Assembly (NCBI GenBank): GCA_002421845.1
Contig: DISL01000037.1
Coordinates: 17,623-81,622 of the forward strand
Source of the DNA: Epsilonproteobacteria bacterium UBA6211
GTDB taxonomy: Bacteria; Campylobacterota; Campylobacteria; Campylobacterales; Arcobacteraceae
Direction: 5' to 3'
Length of the DNA stretch: 64,000 nt
Part shown: positions 58,878-64,000 of the stretch, one piece after another
Layout of the letters: the number at the start of each line of letters is the position of its first letter
How positions within the stretch are numbered: position 1 is the first letter of the stretch
Notes under the pieces: generated by a model
Database searches by the model: none
What the model was told of the DNA's origin: nothing
Seen by the model: the letters and a program-made list of their open reading frames with translations, nothing else
Translations under genes and position numbers: made by a program

Positions 58878-59996
58878 GTGATAAAAGGTTATGCTACCAT
58901 TGAGGGTACTTTGGAGTATGCAAAAAGCTTTTTGGATAAAAAAGAATTTTTTGTAGAACATGAAAACAAAGTATTCTCAAAACTAGGTCTTGGAACATTC
59001 AACAAAGAGCCTTACAAAGAAGAAAACTACCTTTTTAATTATATAGACGCAGTCCAAACGGCACTAAAAAACGGTATCAACTTCATAGATACGGCTATCA
59101 ATTATCGCTACCAACAAAGTGAAAAAGAGATAGGGTATATACTAGGTGAGATGATAGAAAACGGCGAGATAAAAAGAGAAAATTTTATCATAGCATCAAA
59201 GGGTGGTTTTATACCTCTAGAATATCCATTTCCTGACAATCCTTACCACTGGATAAGGGATAATATGATATTGCCTAATCTTTGTAGTGATAGTGATATA
59301 GAGCTTGATCAGCATTGTATTAGCGAAAACTTTTTGGAATACTCACTAAACAAAAGCTTAGAAAATCTAGGATTAGAAACTATAGATATATATTTCTTGC
59401 ACAACCCTGAAGTCCAACTCGGCTCAAAAACAAAAGAAGAGTTACTAGAATCTATCAAAAAAGCTTTTATAGTGTTTGAAAAAGCAGTAAATGACGGCAA
59501 AATAAAAAGTTACGGAGTGGCTACTTGGAACGGTTTTATAAATGACAAAGGTTTTATTGAGTATTTGAGTCTTGGTGATATTTATGATGTAGCTTTTAGT
59601 GTGGCAGGGGATAAACATCATTTCAAATATATTCAAGTGCCGTTTAATCTAGCAAAAACCCATATATACACTATGCCTACGCAAACTTATCAAGGGGTGG
59701 ATTATACCGTTGTAGAACTTGCTTATAAGCTAGGGCTTGGTGTGATAAGCTCATCATCGCTATTACAGATGAATTTATTTAAAAAATCATTCAACGCAAA
59801 TGTAGGATATATTTTGGATAAGGATATGGAGTTATCAAGCGATATACAGTTAGCGTTGCAGTTTGTTCGCTCAACGCCAAATATCATATCATCACTATTT
59901 GCTAGTAAAAACCCTGAACATATATTGCACAATCTTGAAATATCAAAAATCAAATCAACTCCTAAAAAGCTGTATGATTTGATGTATAGGGTTTAA
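58878..59996 (+). CDS. Aldo/keto reductase
   Basis: LGLGT, INFIDTAINY, IDIYFLHNPE. Confidence 0.9.
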   Translation: MIKGYATIEGTLEYAKSFLDKKEFFVEHENKVFSKLGLGTFNKEPYKEENYLFNYIDAVQTALKNGINFIDTAINYRYQQSEKEIGYILGEMIENGEIKRENFIIASKGGFIPLEYPFPDNPYHWIRDNMILPNLCSDSDIELDQHCISENFLEYSLNKSLENLGLETIDIYFLHNPEVQLGSKTKEELLESIKKAFIVFEKAVNDGKIKSYGVATWNGFINDKGFIEYLSLGDIYDVAFSVAGDKHHFKYIQVPFNLAKTHIYTMPTQTYQGVDYTVVELAYKLGLGVISSSSLLQMNLFKKSFNANVGYILDKDMELSSDIQLALQFVRSTPNIISSLFASKNPEHILHNLEISKIKSTPKKLYDLMYRV

Positions 59997-59997
59997 T

Positions 59998-61650
59998 ATG
60001 ATATATGATGTTATAGTAGTAGGAAGCGGAATAGCAGGGCTAATGTCAGCAATAGAAGCCAAAAAAAACGGTGCAAAAGTAGCAATAGTCACCAAAAACA
60101 ACCCTCTTAAATCCAACTCTTTTATGGCAAGTGGCGGTATAAATGCCGTATTGAATACAAATCAAGCAGATATATTCTCTCATGTACAAGACACTATCAA
60201 AGGCTCAAAGGGCTTAAGCGATACAAAAACCGTAGAGTATATGTGTGAAAATGCACGAAGAATCATATATAAGCTCAAAAGTTACGGTGTAGAGTTTGAT
60301 AGTGAAAATGATGATACTCTTATGCAAAGACCTTTTGGCGGAGGAAGTATAAAAAGAACTTGTTTTGTTGGTGATAAAACAGGTAGTGCTATTATTTCAG
60401 CCCTTTTAAAAGAAGCTAGACATCTAGGTATTGAGTTTTTGACAAATAACTTTGCCCTTAGAATCATCACACATCAAAATCAAGTTTCTGCACTTGCGGT
60501 ATTACGCAAAAGTGATAGCAACGTAGTTCTTTATCCCACAAAAGCCATTATACTAGCAGGTGGTGGATATGCAGGAATTTATAAAGGACACACTACAAAT
60601 TCCCCTGATTGCACGGGTGATACTATAGCATTGGCACTCAAAGCAGGACTTAGGGTAGTAGATATGGAGTTTGTTCAGTTTCACCCTACCGGCTTTGAAA
60701 AAAGCGGTTATTTGGTAAGTGAAGCAGCAAGAGGCGAGGGTGGTTATCTTGTCAATAGCGACGGTGAAAGATTTGTAGATGAACTTGCTACTAGGGACGT
60801 TGTAGCAGTAGAGATATACAAACAAATCAAAAACAAACAAAGGGTTTTTATAGACCTTCGACACTTAAGCAGTGAACAAATAGAACAAAGACTCCCAAGT
60901 CTATACAAATCAGCTCATATCCAAGCAGGAATAGATATAAAAACAGAGCTTTTACCTATCAAACCTGTTGCTCACTATACTATGGGAGGGATTGAGTCAA
61001 ATATGGTAGATACGTCTATAGTCGGACTTTTTGTATGCGGTGAAAACAGTGCAAATCTTATCCACGGAGCAAATCGTTTAGGTGGTAACTCGTTGCTTGA
61101 AGGGGCTGTATTTGGTGAATTAGCAGGAGTAAAAGCATCTATGATGGCAAAAAAAACAGATTTACTACCTATTGACTACAACCAAGTTATACCTGATATT
61201 AGGATGATAGATAGACTTTTTGAGGGTGAAAGTAGTAAAAACTTCAATGCTTTGCGTACAAGTTTGGGAAATGTGATGTTTGATAAGGTGGGCATTATAC
61301 GAAATTATCAGAGTTTATATGAAGCTCTTGATTATGTCAAATACTTAAGCACTCAAGCCGGACAACTTTTTGTAATAGACAAATCAAAGTCAAACAATGT
61401 AGAAGTTACGGCTATTTTGGAGCTTAGAAATGCTTTGATTGTTGCAGAATCAGTTATCTTAAGTGCTATAAAAAGAGAAGAGTCAAGAGGTAGCCACCAA
61501 AGAGAGGATTTCAAAGATAGCGACAAAAAATTCAACAAACACATCTCAATAAGGCTTATTGACGGCAAATTACTCAAAGAAGAGTATAAAATCAATAGCC
61601 TATTTTATAATTTATTGGAAAAGCTTAGAAATTTGATTATCAATAAGTAG
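59998..61650 (+). CDS. SdhA/FrdA/NadB-family FAD oxidoreductase
   Basis: GSGIAG, QFHPTG, SEAARGEG, HYTMGG, HGANRLGGNSL, ESRGSH. Confidence 0.9.
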   Translation: MIYDVIVVGSGIAGLMSAIEAKKNGAKVAIVTKNNPLKSNSFMASGGINAVLNTNQADIFSHVQDTIKGSKGLSDTKTVEYMCENARRIIYKLKSYGVEFDSENDDTLMQRPFGGGSIKRTCFVGDKTGSAIISALLKEARHLGIEFLTNNFALRIITHQNQVSALAVLRKSDSNVVLYPTKAIILAGGGYAGIYKGHTTNSPDCTGDTIALALKAGLRVVDMEFVQFHPTGFEKSGYLVSEAARGEGGYLVNSDGERFVDELATRDVVAVEIYKQIKNKQRVFIDLRHLSSEQIEQRLPSLYKSAHIQAGIDIKTELLPIKPVAHYTMGGIESNMVDTSIVGLFVCGENSANLIHGANRLGGNSLLEGAVFGELAGVKASMMAKKTDLLPIDYNQVIPDIRMIDRLFEGESSKNFNALRTSLGNVMFDKVGIIRNYQSLYEALDYVKYLSTQAGQLFVIDKSKSNNVEVTAILELRNALIVAESVILSAIKREESRGSHQREDFKDSDKKFNKHISIRLIDGKLLKEEYKINSLFYNLLEKLRNLIINK

Positions 61651-61666
61651 TGGCATAGAAATTGCA
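61651..61666 (+). promoter_or_regulatory. sigma54 promoter of nifT
   Basis: TGG-CATAGAAATT-GCA. Confidence 0.75.
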
Positions 61667-61697
61667 TTGGAAGATGAATACAACAATAAAGGACTAA

Positions 61698-61943
61698 AGT
61701 CCTCTAAAATAGGAAAACTTTAAAAAAGTAGTTTTAGAACTGTCCTAAGACAAGGCGGAAAATCGCAGGAATACATCGTATTTCAAGATTTGACAACGCC
61801 GTATTAGGGTAGTTATAAGACTATATATCAGCACTATTGCTTCGTTAGAATTTCTCGCTTTACGATGTAAAGCTTCTAAATTCTGTCTTGCACTAGCACT
61901 AATCTATAGCCTCTTTATTAGAGTTTTATTATTTTGGAGGACT
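61698..61943 (+). repeat. About 246-bp structured repeat (MITE-like), copy 2
   Basis: Terminal IR AGTCCTC..GAGGACT; includes the nifT SD. Confidence 0.85.
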
Positions 61944-61947
61944 AATT

Positions 61948-62154
61948 ATGGCAAAAGTAATGTTAAGGGAAAATGAGGGTAAAATATACTTTTACGTGGC
62001 AAAAAAAGATATGGAAGAGATAATAGACTCTATAGAGTTCAGCAGTGATGAGAACTGGGGCGGTGAAGTAGAACTAAGCAACGGTGAAACATGGTGGATA
62101 GAGCCGGGTCCTAAGAATCTTCCGAAAGAGGCAGTTTGCAAAAAACTATCATAA
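61948..62154 (+). CDS. nifT: NifT/FixU
   Basis: KVMLR..YVAKKDMEE..WGG..L.NG. Confidence 0.92.
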   Translation: MAKVMLRENEGKIYFYVAKKDMEEIIDSIEFSSDENWGGEVELSNGETWWIEPGPKNLPKEAVCKKLS

Positions 62155-62585
62155 GATTAGCGACTACTAAGGATATTGAAGCTATTGCAGGGTTACTTGC
62201 AGAGCTTTTTTCAATAGAAAAAGATTTTAAAATAGACAAACAAAAACAACTTGATGCTTTAAATATAATACTACAAGAACCGTCAAGTGTTTGTATCGTT
62301 GCCGTTATTGAAAATGATATTGTAGGTTTTGCATCTATGCAAAAGGTAGTTTCTACGGCAATAGGTGGATATAGCGGTCTTATTGAGGATGTTATCGTAA
62401 AAGAAGATAAAAGAAAACTCGGCATAGGTAATATGCTAATAGAGAGACTTTTTGCGGAAGCAAAACTTCACAACTTCAAAAGAGTTCAACTCCTTTGCGA
62501 TACGACAAATATAAAAGCACAAGAATTTTACTCCAAGCACGGATTTAAAAAAAGTCAAATGGTTGGATGGTATAAGGAACAATAA
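62136..62585 (+). CDS. GNAT family acetyltransferase
   Basis: IEDVIV..RKLGIG..AQEFY.KHGF. Confidence 0.88.
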   Translation: MQKTIIRLATTKDIEAIAGLLAELFSIEKDFKIDKQKQLDALNIILQEPSSVCIVAVIENDIVGFASMQKVVSTAIGGYSGLIEDVIVKEDKRKLGIGNMLIERLFAEAKLHNFKRVQLLCDTTNIKAQEFYSKHGFKKSQMVGWYKEQ

Positions 62586-62590
62586 TTGCA
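62575..62590 (+). promoter_or_regulatory. sigma54 promoter
   Basis: AGG-AACAATAATT-GCA. Confidence 0.65.
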
Positions 62591-62624
62591 GGTATAAGGT
62601 AAATTAACATAAAAGGATTTACAA

Positions 62625-63188
62625 ATGTCTGCAGTATTGGAATATATAAAACAAAACAACCTTGATTGGCAACCGTCATTTAACGGTGAACTTAAAGATG
62701 GACTTTTCGGCTATAGAGGAAGCCTTATCGTAGAGGCTGGAAAACAATTAAGCCCTGATAGAATATTACCTCCAAAAATTCAAGCAAAACAAGTCATTAT
62801 GGTTACAAATGCTAAAGAGATAGAGTTCTTTGCTTGTGAATTAGAATCATTTGAACATTTTATACCTATGTTTGAAAAATACAAAGATTTCTTTTCAAAA
62901 AACGGCAAAAACATACTGTTTGTAATTGATTTAAACGATAGCGGTACATTTGAGTATGAAGGTGTTACTTTTAATGCTTACGTACTTGATGAAAGTTCTG
63001 TTTGGAATGAAACTTTAGATATGTTAAATCTTGAAAAAAATGATTTGAAAAAAGCATCGCCTTCAGAAAAAATAGAAGCTGTTTATGATGAAGCACAAAC
63101 TAGCGATATATCAGCAAAATCAAGAACTTATGATGAAATGATGGCACTTAAAAGCAATACGAAAAAAGTAATGATGGGAGCGGTATAA
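62625..63188 (+). CDS. Hypothetical protein, sigma54-preceded
   Basis: AAAGGA RBS; 187 aa, no recognised domain. Confidence 0.8.
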   Translation: MSAVLEYIKQNNLDWQPSFNGELKDGLFGYRGSLIVEAGKQLSPDRILPPKIQAKQVIMVTNAKEIEFFACELESFEHFIPMFEKYKDFFSKNGKNILFVIDLNDSGTFEYEGVTFNAYVLDESSVWNETLDMLNLEKNDLKKASPSEKIEAVYDEAQTSDISAKSRTYDEMMALKSNTKKVMMGAV

Positions 63189-63201
63189 AACCGCCCTATT
63201 A

Positions 63202-63711
63202 CTAACCTTGAATTTTAGTTTGTTTTGCTAAAACTAAAGAGTTTTTAACTCCTGAAATATGTATCCAAAATCCTATAACACCCACAAGTCCTATAAGACC
63301 TGCAAAAGGGATAATCAAGCTAAGTACGCTACCGCCGAACCATACCCATCCCCAAGTATTGTTATACTCTTTTACCATTGGATTACCGTTTAGGTCATTT
63401 TCAACCATATATAGTTTAAATTGTTCGTTCAATTTCATTAAAGTCACAGGTATAGCTATAAATGCCCACAGAGGTATAAGCTGTGTCCATATCCAAACCG
63501 CACTTGTATTTTTTTGTTCATTTGATGTTGCCATAGATTTTGCAAATTTACTTTGAGTTAGTAAAAATAAAACATTTACTGTTAACCACAATAAAAAAAA
63601 GAAAAGCATCATAACAGATACCATTCCCAATGCATTGGCTGCATCATCCGATGCGAACATAGGGCTAGATAAACCTAGCAACATTAACATTTTTAAAACA
63701 TTTTTTGACAT
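63202..63711 (-). CDS. Hypothetical membrane protein
   Basis: Signal peptide and 3-4 TM segments. Confidence 0.75.
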   Translation of the reverse strand: MSKNVLKMLMLLGLSSPMFASDDAANALGMVSVMMLFFFLLWLTVNVLFLLTQSKFAKSMATSNEQKNTSAVWIWTQLIPLWAFIAIPVTLMKLNEQFKLYMVENDLNGNPMVKEYNNTWGWVWFGGSVLSLIIPFAGLIGLVGVIGFWIHISGVKNSLVLAKQTKIQG

Positions 63712-63750
63712 AACAACCCCTTGTCGTAAAATAACTTACTATTATATCTA

Positions 63751-63999
63751 TCAATTACTTAGTTTTATATAATCTTTGATTATTTTTGCATGGTCAAATA
63801 CAAGTTTTTCAAAAGGTATTTCATCAAGTTTATATATAAAAGCCTCTTTGGCATCATCGCTTCCTATCGGATTACCGCAAGCTTTGCATATATACACAGC
63901 CGAAACACAGTGAAATCGTTGGTCACGTGATGGGTCTGAATAGATATTTAGTAGTTGTTTTATTTCCACATCAAGAGAAATTTCTTCCTTCATTTCTCT
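63751..63999 (-). CDS. NUDIX hydrolase, 5'-truncated by the window edge
   Basis: Frame open to the edge: REMKEE Nudix box, YSDPSRDQR, DDAKEA, FDHAKI. Confidence 0.9.
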   Translation of the reverse strand, partial: REMKEEISLDVEIKQLLNIYSDPSRDQRFHCVSAVYICKACGNPIGSDDAKEAFIYKLDEIPFEKLVFDHAKIIKDYIKLSN

Positions 64000-64000
64000 A

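Noticed and set aside
63751..63993. Complete 80-aa protein
   Set aside because: The Met lies inside the Nudix box; the gene continues beyond the window.

Overview
AT-rich window, most consistent with a Campylobacterota (Arcobacter/Sulfurimonas-like) chromosome. It holds a large Mo-nitrogenase gene cluster: partial nifH, nifDK, nifA, nifQ, nifB-nifE, nifN-nifX-DUF269-flavodoxin-PII-nifW-nifZ-ferredoxins-rpoN, nifT and ClpX/SIR2/ArsC-like accessory genes. The cluster is interrupted by signalling genes, five toxin-antitoxin pairs plus an orphan toxin, and small accessory insertions. The most notable observations are: (1) three dispersed, mutually homologous attI-like platforms, each followed by integron-type cassettes, with no integrase in the window; (2) a 7TM-DISM kinase/response-regulator pair followed by four genes sharing a GTGACGC-N5-GTGACGC promoter box, one encoding an N-acyl-amino-acid-synthase-like enzyme (candidate lipid-signal autoinduction system); (3) a NifA with no DNA-binding HTH, a cluster-embedded rpoN and about 12 sigma54 promoters; (4) a 3-kb integrase-less islet bounded by a 45-bp duplication, carrying WYL, GIY-YIG-like and stand-alone FtsZ-C-like genes; (5) two families of structured non-coding repeats abutting nif ribosome-binding sites. 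All calls are by eye; no database searches were run.
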